The notes under the pieces: model-generated
The model's database searches: none
The model's input: the letters and a program-made list of their open reading frames with translations, nothing else
What the model was told of the DNA's origin: nothing
Program-made: the position numbers and the translations under genes
In this document: piece by piece, positions 36,367-50,962 of the stretch
Position numbering within the stretch: position 1 is the first letter of the stretch
Layout: each line of letters begins with the position of its first letter
Assembly (NCBI GenBank): GCA_009103225.1
Contig: RHPI01002615.1
Span: 318,328 to 382,327 of the forward strand
DNA from: Chlorokybus atmophyticus
Lineage: Eukaryota; Plantae; Mesostigma and Chlorokybus algae
Length of the DNA: 64,000 nt
Direction of reading: 5' to 3'

Positions 36367-38642
36367 ATTTCAACCTTTAAACATGGTGATAAAAGTTAAT
36401 AAGATGCACAAATGTTGCTATTAACAAGGCTTGCTATACTGCAACTTTCAACCCAAGGCAATTGGTAATAATTTTGGGGTTGTAATGTACGAGTCTCTAC
36501 GGTAGTACAAGGGGGATGAGATTGAAGAAGTTACGCTATGGTTGTGGCTAACAGCAGAGTTATCGTATAAGTAAGAGTATTATTGTTGGTACATTTATTA
36601 TTACATATACTTTCATAAGCACGACTTGCAAGTTTTTATTCACTTTTTGAAGATTTGTTGACGCAATGTGCAATCAGGGTGCAATACAATCATATTTGAA
36701 AGGCTTCAAATTATTGTTGTATTTAATGTTATGTATATTTATAAGCACGACTTGCAGATGGCTTTACAGGCATGCTGCTAAGAGCTTTTGGTTTACTTGT
36801 TGAAGATGTTCCCACGAAATGTGCAAACAGGATGCAATACAATTGCAACCATATTGGAATGGCTTCAGAATATTGTTGAGCGGCAAGTATATAAGCGTGA
36901 TGATGGTAACCTTTGCGATGTGCTGCAAATGCAATTGCGGGCGAGGCATGTTGCAAAAGTTGTATGCTTGCATTGTTCAACACATAATTCGAATATCAAC
37001 GGGCTTGTTGGCCTCAACAACTTGGTAATGGGTTCAAATGGTTACAGATTGGTTTGCTGGATGCATGCCGAATGGAGCATCGCCCTTATGCAGGAACGAC
37101 TTTATTTGTGTGCACGACCTAAATATCACTCGCTGAAACAGTGCTGTTGCAGATGCTTGTGCACCACTATTTGTTCTAAGGTATGAAAGCCATTTGCAAT
37201 AAGCAAACATAACCATGAGGCCATTAATATTAAACCGTTGTGCATGTCATAAGCGGCGCTCTATTTTTACAGTTATATATTCCAATTTATAATGTACGTA
37301 CGCAAGTATACCGATGCTTAACACTTGTTGCGGGAATTTATGACGATAGTTTATATTAAGATGACTTTATAGTATTATAGAGTTTCGGCTCTAGAACTGG
37401 CTGTGAGATCATATGATATTCAAAAAAGCAAGTAAAGGCGGATGGAACTATTTAAGTTAACACTTGCAATAAATTTCATACTGTATTTAAATCAATCGAC
37501 TTTTATATAGCTATTCTTATAAAGGCATAAGTGTCATGTGTAGGTGGTGCTGATGATATTAATGCCTCAAGTCATGTGCTGCTGATTGCCCGAGGGTGTA
37601 GTGTCTTAGAGTGTGTAGTGTCGTGTTTGTGGTGTAGTGTTACAAGTTGTGCTTTGGCCCCCGCCTAATTCTATGATTTGTTGTGCTGTTTGTTTGGGTT
37701 TGCTAGAGTGCTTGCATCTTGCGAACAATCTTGGAGTGTGCTTAGCGCAGCTCTCGTATGATATCTATGTAACCAACAATGCAATGAAAGAAAATGTACA
37801 GCTATGTCACATTATGCCTATATGAACGAAATGATGACATGTTACTCAAAGTGCATTGACTATGAACAATGAGTTTTCAGAAATCAATTCACCTTTCACT
37901 ATTGCAGCTTACTTGCTGACTTACTTGACTATATATCAAACTGAATCGACTTTCATCAAAGGTGATGTTAACTTCAATGTATGAAGCTGTGAGTGACAAT
38001 CTTTGATCAGAACAAGTGAAATTAGCCTATTCATCATGTAATTGACAACAACTTTTTAAACTGTGTCATTGGACCTGTATAGTCAGTACGGTTAACAACT
38101 AACAATTGAATGAATTTTGCGTTTGTGCTTTGCCCACGTTCGCATGAAGCAACCATGAAAACCTTGCACCACTTTCAGACCAGCAGTACATCGTCTGCTA
38201 CCGCATGTCTCATATCCAAATTGACGTAGTATCCTGTGGTATGTCTGATTTGCTTCAACAGCACTTCATATTGTAACACATGTTTATCACAACAGCTGCG
38301 ATGTGTAGTACGTAGGATAGCATGATGCATGCTTGTTGTTACTTAGCAGTATGAAGTCTTGCCTACCCAGTGCATGCAAGCAGTCATGACGCAGGACTCG
38401 CATGCGTAGCAACAATACTCACGTCAATAAGTAATGAGGTGTACCCGGCCTCCAACTAGGTAGCGTCAATCTGAACTCGCAACACACCCTACACTGAGCA
38501 ACCACACCCTAAGCAAGCACACCCAACAACTAGTACCGCTGCTGGCAACATATTGAGCTTGTGTGCTACTTACAACTGTCACACAATCGCATGGAAATGA
38601 ACTACCAGATGGCAGACTTTGTAGAAAAATAACAATCCCCTC

Positions 38643-42007
<3,365 letters not shown>

Positions 42008-42537
42008 GTTGCCGCCGCCTCAGCTGTTCCCGCTCAAACCGCCGCCGACGAAAGCAAGGCACTGTGTGTGACGACAGAGTAACCCGTCATGCATTGGCGT
42101 GGCTCAATGAAGTCTTGATTCAAGATGAACTACTACTTGGTGTTAACCTAAAGAAAGAATACATTTCTATGAAGAGATCTACTACCGGTAATGCACTACA
42201 GTAACTAGCGGTGCGGCTGATTGGGCGGGATTGGGCCGGCCGGCCAGCCGGGAGGCCGGCATTAGGGCACAAAGACACATCACGCGCACTGAGGGCCATC
42301 ACACACGGCACCCGAGACTACATGCCTGCCGCGCATACCGAGCAGCCTGCCTGCCTCTCATTGGCTATGCGACGTTTATCAGCTATCAGCCATTCGACTT
42401 GTGTTGAACAAACCTCAACATTCCAAAGCACATCCCCATACTGTGCAATTGCACAAAACATATGCGAGTGAATAAAAGAATCCATTCATGTTGAGCACAA
42501 CATGCACGGTGCACACATGCGTCATGTGTGCGTTGTA

Positions 42538-42990
42538 CAGTCCACACCCGCTAAACGACTTTGCTCCAAGAGAATAACCCCGCTTGCAGCATACGTTCTG
42601 AGATCACCAACGATTTTACAGGGTAATGTTAGTGCTTAAGAGAATATGACTAACCGCGAAGAGCATAACATTTTTCATGACATTTTTGCAAATGTCAGTG
42701 TGCGTATTCTTACCATTGAGGGAGTAGCGCGTGACGGGTGTGTCATCAGGCGTAATTAGTGTGATAGAAAAGGCGTGATGGGTACAGTGTCATGCGTAAT
42801 TAGCGTAATGAGCGTGATTGCATAATACGTGACATAATGCGGGTGATGTAATGGGCGTGATGGGCTGCTTTATAGCATACAAATGCTCTTAATGTTTAAG
42901 GGCATATTATGCTTTTTAACGCCAAGAGCATAACCCCGCCAGGAGCAAACTATCTTTGAAAACAAATAGCATGTTAAAAGGGGTAGACTG
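42538..42990. mobile_element. pogo/Tigger-like (Tc1/mariner) MITE copy 1, 453 bp
   Basis: TA|CAGTCCACACCCGCTAAACG ... GTTAAAAGGGGTAGACTG|TA: imperfect TIRs flanked by TA on both sides. Internal GCGTGA/GCGTAA repeats at about 42730-42865. Confidence 0.75.
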
Positions 42991-43044
42991 TACAATATAT
43001 GTTTCAATGTAAATAAGTACGTACTACTATGTACCTTAACTGTA

Positions 43045-43516
43045 CAGTCTACCTCGTTATAACAATCACGTGTATCTTTCATATTATCAACGGGGTTATT
43101 CTCTTGGCGTTTACAATAATATAATATATATAATATATACTGTTTTAATTTTTACATAATATATATTTTACTAACAGGGGTATTGCAAAATAACCGTAAG
43201 CCACGTTATTATGGTTTAACGTGGCATAAATTGAATTGATAATAGTCAATAATAAGTTAATTATGTACGTAACTATATACGAGTCTTGTAATATGTGTAT
43301 GCTTATCATATTTAAAATAAACATGCCATTAACAAGGTATTCCCCCGTAACAAGACTGAGCTCACACAAAATTCTAACCCTTCATTGTAGTCTTATATCG
43401 TACAAAACTACTCCCCTATCGATAATATTAGCCTGTAAAAGCATTGGATGTTTGCAAATCTATGATCTCAACGGGGTTATTTTAATAAACCGAAGTCTTT
43501 TAACGGGGGTAGACTA
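43045..43516. mobile_element. pogo/Tigger-like MITE copy 2, 472 bp, inverted relative to copy 1
   Basis: TA|CAGTCTACCTCGTTATAAC ... TTAACGGGGGTAGACTA|TA. Shares blocks (CGGGGTTATTCTCTTGG, CTACTCCC, CCTGTAAAA, TGATCTCA) with the reverse complement of copy 1. Confidence 0.75.
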
Positions 43517-43518
43517 TA

Positions 43519-43820
43519 TAGTCTACCCTTTTGTAAGAACATACTGTTATCCTCAAAAACCGTATGCTCTTGAACGTTAAGAGCATATATATGCTATAAG
43601 CGCAAATTCATTACGCCCATCACGCCTATTGGTCGGGCCGGCCTGTCGGCATTCAACCTACATACATCCCGCGCTATGGCCATCACACGGCGCCCGCGAC
43701 TGCCGGGCTGCGCGGCAGTATGTGCGGCCCGCCTGCTGCTCATTGGCTAGGAGGCGAGAACAAGCGGTACACCGTTAGATCAACCTAAACACGATCCTGG
43801 CCGTCCAAAGCACATCCACT
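43519..43820. mobile_element. Third related element end (one TIR only; right boundary not found)
   Basis: TA|TAGTCTACCCTTTTGTAA directly abuts copy 2. It continues with TATGCTCTTGAACGTTAAGAGCATATATATGCTATAA and CATTACGCCCATCACGCC, matching the reverse complement of 42855-42905 in copy 1. Confidence 0.6.
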
Positions 43821-45867
43821 TTTCCAAGCGCATGCCAATAAATGTAAAAATAAGCACAATTCTGCATACGTGGCCGCTTATGGCTGCATGTTGATAAATA
43901 TAATGTGTTACATTAATATTGATAAACATGCTGCAATATGGTGCAATATGGTGCCATATGATTAGCAAATGCTGTTAAGTGTTTCAAAACTTAATAACCA
44001 ACGTAACGTTCACGCCACGGTACGTGCTGCAATACTCAGTCCATAATGCCGAGGTTACGACCATCAAAATACTGCTAACCTGAATTACCTTAACGTTAAG
44101 ATTCAACTAAACGAAAAATTGCATCGTTAGACCACCATTTGGTCACGCATGAGATTGATAAAATGGGATCGCAACAGTGACAACAGCCAGTTGCTCAAAA
44201 AGGCAGCGAAATGGCCAATCATTGCAAAGATGCGTAAAAAGTGCTAAAAAATATCTCAGCGGCAACCGCTTACCAACGGCGACCCAAAATCGCTAGGGAT
44301 TTGGTGCAATTGCGGCACAGTTGTGGTTAAAACGACCGCGTTTTTGGCGGTACGAGGTCGGGGCAGGCCCCATACCCCAAACACATGCCGCCACTACTCA
44401 CCCTCGTTCTAACTGATCCACTCTACCCTTTAACGCTAATTGATTACACGTTATAGTTACTGCGTCATCAAACATGGTCAACAGCCGAACAAGCATTCAA
44501 GTTGTTCAATTATCTCTCATACCATAGCAGACGCCGTATAATCAACCATTGGCTGTTATAATTGATCTTGATAAACATTGGTAAAAGAATGTAACGTGAT
44601 GTAAAAGCGATGTTGATGATTGCCTTAAATGTTATGCAAATTCATTCATTCAGCAATTTTATGATTGCTTGCCATTTCAATATGAATGGCAATAATATGC
44701 CGCACATGCTAACCAATCAAATCAATGTGCGCGACGCATTTAACCAAAAATGACGCGCTTTAAATGTCCAATATCCATACATATTGAAGTATTAAAGAGC
44801 AGATACGGTAGTTTTTGTTTATAATAAGTTAAAAGTGATCGATCGTCACAAGTTTCATTCAGTTGTTTATATGCTATCAAGTACTGGTCGATCCTATCAA
44901 GAAGGAGGGTCCATAATCTTTAAATACAATTGTGAATGATGACCACACTTGGTGTCGATACAAGAACATTTGCTCCATATCATTGTTTACTCAAGTGATC
45001 ACACCTATTGAAATGATTAATAGTGAGCTTGACATACTAGTCGACAAACCGTACCAATCATTTAAGTAGTCAACAACAAAAGTATTACGCAATTATGACA
45101 TCATGAGTTGTACGTGCCACTTCGTGCTGATCGTAATTACTTTACTTTGCAATCAGGTTTGGAGATGAGCGGCACACGACAAAGACAGCAATGGTGGATG
45201 TATGAAATACATCTCGCAGGTGTGCTGTGCTGTAATTCAAGACCCCTAAGGTTGGTTGGTTGACCCATTGGTACCTGCCAATTGCCTGTCCCACTCCCAT
45301 TACATTGCGTAGCACAAAACAGCACTTAAGGTAGCGAGTAGGTGGCCCCGGGTGCAGTAGTGATTGCCTCTGCTTGTTGTGGCTGCTCTGCTTGCCCTCT
45401 TATGCATCTCTGCCTGCGCACGCATGTTTGTGCGTGACATATGACGATCTATACCCTACACAACTAGCTTCATTTGCATCAACTAGTCATTATAGGCAGT
45501 TGATAGTCCGCACACAACATCATAGCCAGCCACTACAATCTACTTTTCAGGAAAAACATAACTCAATCAGCAACTCAAAAAGCTATGTAAGCAACTCATC
45601 AGGCATCGGGCTACACGTTGCGCTCAGTTTGCATGAACTTGTGTCTCCACTGCTGTATAGAACGCATGCAAAGCAAACGCCTCCCCCCCTCCAACTCCAT
45701 CCCACACCCTATACATAGCAGCAGCCTCCACTCCCTTAGCGCTGTTCCCAACTCATTTATCAGTGCAAAAGCCATAAATATAAGGTACTATAAGTACGCC
45801 ATATATATACATATATATATAACCATTCCTTTTTGCCAACACAACATTGCCACAAGTCCTCTCTCCC

Positions 45868-47118
45868 TCACTGTCTGATCGCCTGGAACAGGTCTTGAAG
45901 CCGCATGTTGGCATTGGCCGCCCCGTCCGGCAGCACAAATTCCATGAAGACGGTCCTGCACCCGGGCGCTGCACATCTAAACACCCTCACCTTGTCCTCC
46001 CCCTCCTCACCGTCATCCTCACCCTCACCCTCACCCTCTGCACGTGTCAAAGCCAACGACACCTCCTCGCACGCCACAGCGTGCGCCAAGCACACGCGCT
46101 CAGAGGAGAGGATTTGTTGTTGTTGTTGCTGTTGTTGATGTTGTTGCGTCTGTCGTTCTTTCAGTCGCTCAATGGCAGCGAGTCGGTTCTGTTCGGCTCG
46201 GCTGATGGACTGAAGCTCGGGTATCACCATGGTTGCCTTGGGAGACGAATACACCTCATTGTTGTTGTCGTTGTTGATGTTTTTGGGTTGTTCCTCCAGC
46301 GCTTCATTCGATAGGTATCTTTGCGTGGGGACTTCACTACCATCATCATCATCATCATTAGCAGCTTCGTTATCAACTTGAACAACAGGAGACTCTTGAT
46401 GTTGATGTCTCATCCCCTCCGAAGACACCGCAGCCGCAACATCATCAAACCTTAGCGCCTTCTGAACCCTGTTGTGGCCTTCATCACCAACATCACGACT
46501 CCTAGGTTGTGGTGGTGGTGGTGTTAGTTGTTGTGTTGGTGTCACTTGTTGTGTTGGTGTCAGTCGTTGTTGTGGTTGTTGTGTTGGTTGTTGTTGTTGT
46601 GTCGTTGTCAGTCGTGCTCGTTGTCTCTCAATGGCAGCGAGTCTGTTGCGCTCCATGCGTTCACGCTGCTCGGGCGTGATGCTCATGCTCATGTTGTTGG
46701 CTGCAATAGGAGGCGTCCCTGGAGGAGTCAAGTGGACTTGTGCCCGTTGTTGTGCCTGTAGTTGTGCCTGTTGCAAATGGGGTGACGACAAGTGGCCTTG
46801 TTGTTGGTTTTGTTTGAGGCGTAGTTTGTTGATGGCAGCGAGTCGGTTCTGTTCGCTTCGTCGGCGCTGTTCGGGCGTGATGTTGACGAGTGTGGGGCTG
46901 CTTGCTGGGGTGAGAGGAGGTGTTGATGGTGTTGGCGTGGAGTGCAATGGTGGTGTTGGGTTGGGAAATAGTGCTGTGGGGCGAAGAGGAGAGGAGTAGA
47001 GAGAGTGGGGGTGGTGATGATTAAGGGTTATTGTCGCGTTGAGCATGACGCTGCCGCTGGTGTTGCTGCCCAACCCTGACTCGTCCTCGTCCTTGTCCTC
47101 GTGATCCTCTTCCTCCAT
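45868..47118 (-). CDS. Orphan 416-aa protein with three RPA32C-binding-like helices and a C-terminal Cys/His module
   Basis: Uninterrupted 1251-nt ORF with three copies of (ITPEQ)RxRxExNRLAAI(E)R, Gln/Pro-rich linkers and a C-terminal CxxHxxxC...CxxxxC. An in-frame TAA lies 30 nt upstream, so the ATG at 47118 is the start unless an upstream exon is spliced in. Confidence 0.8.
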   Translation of the reverse strand: MEEEDHEDKDEDESGLGSNTSGSVMLNATITLNHHHPHSLYSSPLRPTALFPNPTPPLHSTPTPSTPPLTPASSPTLVNITPEQRRRSEQNRLAAINKLRLKQNQQQGHLSSPHLQQAQLQAQQRAQVHLTPPGTPPIAANNMSMSITPEQRERMERNRLAAIERQRARLTTTQQQQPTQQPQQRLTPTQQVTPTQQLTPPPPQPRSRDVGDEGHNRVQKALRFDDVAAAVSSEGMRHQHQESPVVQVDNEAANDDDDDGSEVPTQRYLSNEALEEQPKNINNDNNNEVYSSPKATMVIPELQSISRAEQNRLAAIERLKERQTQQHQQQQQQQQILSSERVCLAHAVACEEVSLALTRAEGEGEGEDDGEEGEDKVRVFRCAAPGCRTVFMEFVLPDGAANANMRLQDLFQAIRQ

Positions 47119-48481
47119 GTGCTGTGGTTGTTGTGGTTGTTGGCGCCTTTAATTCTCTATCCCCTGATTCTCTCTCTGACGTAGTATGTGCCCTCGATGC
47201 GCGCGAGGCGTGTGTGTGGTTTTGCCTGTGCGTTTCAACAAGAGGTTGTAAGCAGCTGTTATAACAAAGAGGGAGTGACCAACAAGAGTACAGCTTGGCA
47301 GCTACCTGTTTCCGCGCGCGTGTGCGTGCACATGCGCATGCAGAAACAAAGAGCTGTGTGCATACACGCACGTGCGTGGGCGTTGATGTTGTTTTGGACA
47401 ATGAGACAATCCAGCAAATAAAGTACACTGGAAAATGAAACAACAGCCAAAAAAGAAACAGAAACAGAAACAGTAAACAGCGAACCATGGAGGGGGGGGG
47501 GGGAGGGGGGCACAACAAAAGCACAGAAAGCACAACAACCCCACGTAAAGACAAACACAAAATGCTGAGGACATGAGAAACGCGTGTAAACATGGAGCAG
47601 GGCCTGCGAGTGAGCGTATTTGCATGCACATAAAAACAGCTGCATCTACGTAAAGACACACAAGAATACTACCACACTATCACAAGAGATTACACCATAG
47701 GGTATGCATACCACCAAATAGACCCATGCACATGCTGTTATGGACACATTTCTCCTGCAAATGCACTTCTCTATCTCACATTTACATGCGGCTGTATGAG
47801 CCTGCAGCTGCTGTGGATACTTGATAACACTAGCAACGAAGTGATGCATGCATATAAGGCGGGATCAATGAGCTTACTTGTTTCAAGCTGTCACCAGAGC
47901 CGCAACATTATGGGACAAGAAATTGACATTGAACGCCCAGCAAGCAGGAGTTTGCACTCGCTCTCTTGAACTCAAAAGGTGTCCTCTTTACTAATCGCAC
48001 ACACTCACTTACGTACATTGACGTCTGCAACAAGCCTGAAGCTCCTGGCAAACGCCGCCGCCGCCGCAGCCGCCGGCCCACAATGCAGGGCCGAAAAGTT
48101 CTCTCATAAAGCAAACATGTCAGTCATAATGTAACAATCACGTCCTGTGACAGCATAACGCGTGACGCTCACTGTGTCGCGCGCTGCGGTTGTCGCTGCA
48201 CGCCCGCAGCCGGGCATCCAGTCCCACCCACACACATAGCCGTTTGGCTGCCGATTGCATTCCTAATGGTAAAGTCATCCCTATCTGAAGGCGAGCGCCA
48301 CGTAGCAGGCGGCGGCGGCAGACGAGGAGGAGGAGGACGAGGAGGAGGCTCAGGTGATAGAGGTCAGAAAACTTCTAACTGTCAGATCTTGGCAGCATGC
48401 GGCGGTGACGGTAGCAGCCTGGCGTTGTTGGCGCCGCCACACGCATGAAAGACAGAGCCGCTTTGGAGCGTATCTAGACAG

Positions 48482-48490
48482 AAACCCTAG
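48482..48490 (+). promoter_or_regulatory. Telo-box variant (AAACCCTAG) about 100 bp upstream of the Gly-rich gene
   Basis: Exact motif followed by a GA/CT-rich leader. Confidence 0.55.
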
Positions 48491-48586
48491 TTGATTGTTG
48501 AGTGTTGAGTGTTTGGCAAACGAGACCCCAAGCCATTATTAGAGAGAGAAGAGAGAGAAAACTCTCCTCTCTCTCTCTGCAAGTCA

Positions 48587-48917
48587 ATGTCCATTTTCAG
48601 CAGGAAAACTCCTGTTCCTAGCCCGGCCGAAGATGACGGCGAGAAGGTGAATGATGCCACAACAGTGTGTTTGTAATCAGTATCTGTTTTGTGCATGCTT
48701 GCCGCTTTGTCCACTTTGATGCGTTTTGGCACACATACTTGACACGCAAAGTGCAATGCAAGGCTGGATTTGCAGCGAATGTGACTCAGTAATATCACAT
48801 GTCATAGCCAAGCAATGACAAAAGGATTGCTTATATCAAGCACGTGAAAATGTTCCACCTCCAGGCCGCATTGTGCCGCATTGTAAAACTGTCAGGCATA
48901 CACCTGTGCGTGTGCGT

Positions 48918-48948
<31 letters not shown>

Positions 48949-50021
48949 GTATTGCAGTCGTGTGTCTATCATCCTTCTGTCCACAACACCGCCATCCATG
49001 ATTCTAATGCTTCGGTACAGAGCACACACGCATGTACACGCTTGGCGTGGATGCCACATACGCGTCAAAAGCAGTGTGTAAATGCACATACATACATCGT
49101 GCGCACATACACCTTGATGCAAAAGCATCATACACTCGTGCATGCGCACTAACGATGTTAACTGCAAACAACACACCGTCAGGGTGGCAGATGTCCTGTG
49201 ACAATCAGTACTGAGATAAAACATACTTGTACAGTATGCATGTGCTTTGCAACCAACTTCTACTTTGACCGACATGGACTTGCCTTATTCCTTTGCCAGA
49301 GGGAGTTTGATTTCACAGAGAAGCCCACTCTTGTCGAGCCGGAGTGGGACCGCGCTGAGGTGAAGTGGCTTCCGCTGCGGCCGGACGAGGAGAGGGAGGA
49401 GCTGTTCAAGCCAAAGGTCGCGCCGCTCATCGTGGGACCAGCAGCGGGATTTGGCATCGGGTGCGTGATGTGTTGTGTTTGTTGTAGAGTGTGTAAGACG
49501 GCAAAGAGTTGTCGTGTGTCAGTGCAGCTGCGAGTCTGCAGGGCTTGCGACGAGCGTGCTTGTATGTGTGTTGGCGAGTGCATACCTGCGCTTGTGGGCG
49601 TGTACATGCATGCCAGCGCGTGTGTGCCTGTTGCCGTGCTCATGAGCGTGTGCCAGTACGTGCGCGCGCGTGTGCTCGCGTATGTGTGCACATGTGTTCA
49701 TACTATACTGTGCATGTCTGCTTGCGCATGTGACTACATTCCAACATATCCATCCTCACCCCTCCCTCCCCTTCTCCCCTCCCTCCCAGTTGCGGCGCCG
49801 GTTTCGGCGTGGGTCTTACGGGCGGCCTCGGCTTCTCCTCCCACCTGTGGGGTTCCCTCCGTCTCGGCATCGGTTTCGGCGGCGGCTGCGGCGTCGGGAT
49901 GGGCTACGGATACGGGGTCGGGAAAGCCATCAAACTGCCGTTCCTGAGGAGAGAAGAGGATGATTTCAATGTGAGGAAACTGAAGGGGCCGAAGAATATG
50001 TCGCTGACTTATGATGGATGA
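48587..50021 (+). CDS. Small glycine-rich membrane protein (TGD5/At4g10330-like family), exons 48587-48646, 49300-49460, 49790-50021
   Basis: GPAAGFGIG|CGAGFGVGLTGGLGF...LRLGIGFGGGCGVGMGYGYGVGKA matches the plant GxGxGCG membrane-hairpin family as I remember it. A telo-box lies at 48482. Confidence 0.72.
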
Positions 50022-50962
50022 GGGGGGCAGGAGGGGTGGGGTGGGGTGGTAGTTGGCATTCGAGATGCACGTGTGTAAGGTCTTGACAATATGCAGCACA
50101 GAGAGAGAGAGAGTTATGCAGCTGATAGCGTGTTGTAAAGAAACAAGTGAAAGAGAATTATTGGTAATGAACAAAGCGTACATGCGCATACTTGCAAGCG
50201 TGCGTGGAGACGCTGTCCACAGCTTATGAGTGTAGCATCACATACACCCTCCATGTTGTGTTTGATTGTTAAACGTGGAATTTTGCAAATACAACCAGGC
50301 ACTAGTAGGCGACAAGGCGCGTAGGCTATTGAGCTGCAGCAGGGCGCCCATCTGCTTCGCTGCAGTTTGTGTTGCGCGCGTTGTGAGTAGCGTGCATCAC
50401 AGGTTTGTAATCCAACATATGTTGCATGGCAAGGACTGACAGTGACCGCCGTGGGCAGGTGATTATGACTTGTTCCTTCGCACTTGCATGTCTGATGGGG
50501 TGCTATTACGCAAGTGTAGGTAACGGCAGTGCTATAGTGAGGTAGCCTGGTGATGAATGTGCAATAGTTGTGAGTGTGCGTTGGTATTATGAGTGCATAT
50601 GATATGCATGAACAGGCCTACACCGCATTGCTTGTACACACATTGCGGCAAATGATGTCATCAACATCGCAATGGATGGAAAGATCCTCACTAACCGCAC
50701 CACCGCACAAACAAAACCTTGCAAAATCTACAAAACCAACTACTCGCTGTTTCGCACGGGGCGTATTGTGCTAAACAGCCCCACGCTGTACCCCAACCCG
50801 CACCAAGCAATGGCAACTAGAGTGTATGTGTGTTTTGTAGAGATGCCCGCATGTACAGGTTACAGACCGGCGCAACTCTCTGTTATCCTGACCGGCCGAA
50901 CCAACAAAACCAACCCAACAGAAAAAGCCAAAGCAACAAAATAATCAACCACGAGGTGCCCA

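Noticed and set aside
36788-37186. 132-aa + strand ORF in the AT-rich region
   Set aside because: It starts at a non-ATG codon, has no recognisable motif or splice context, and is Cys-rich like other noise ORFs.
42730-42865. Short spaced GCGTGA/GCGTAA repeats as a CRISPR-like or iteron array
   Set aside because: The units are 6-8 bp and irregularly spaced, and they lie inside a TIR element, so subterminal repeats explain them better. The DNA is eukaryotic with no cas genes.
48266-48448. 60-aa Gly/Arg-rich ORF (RGG-like)
   Set aside because: It arises from GGC/GGA repeats in a promoter island upstream of the telo-box and has no homology evidence.
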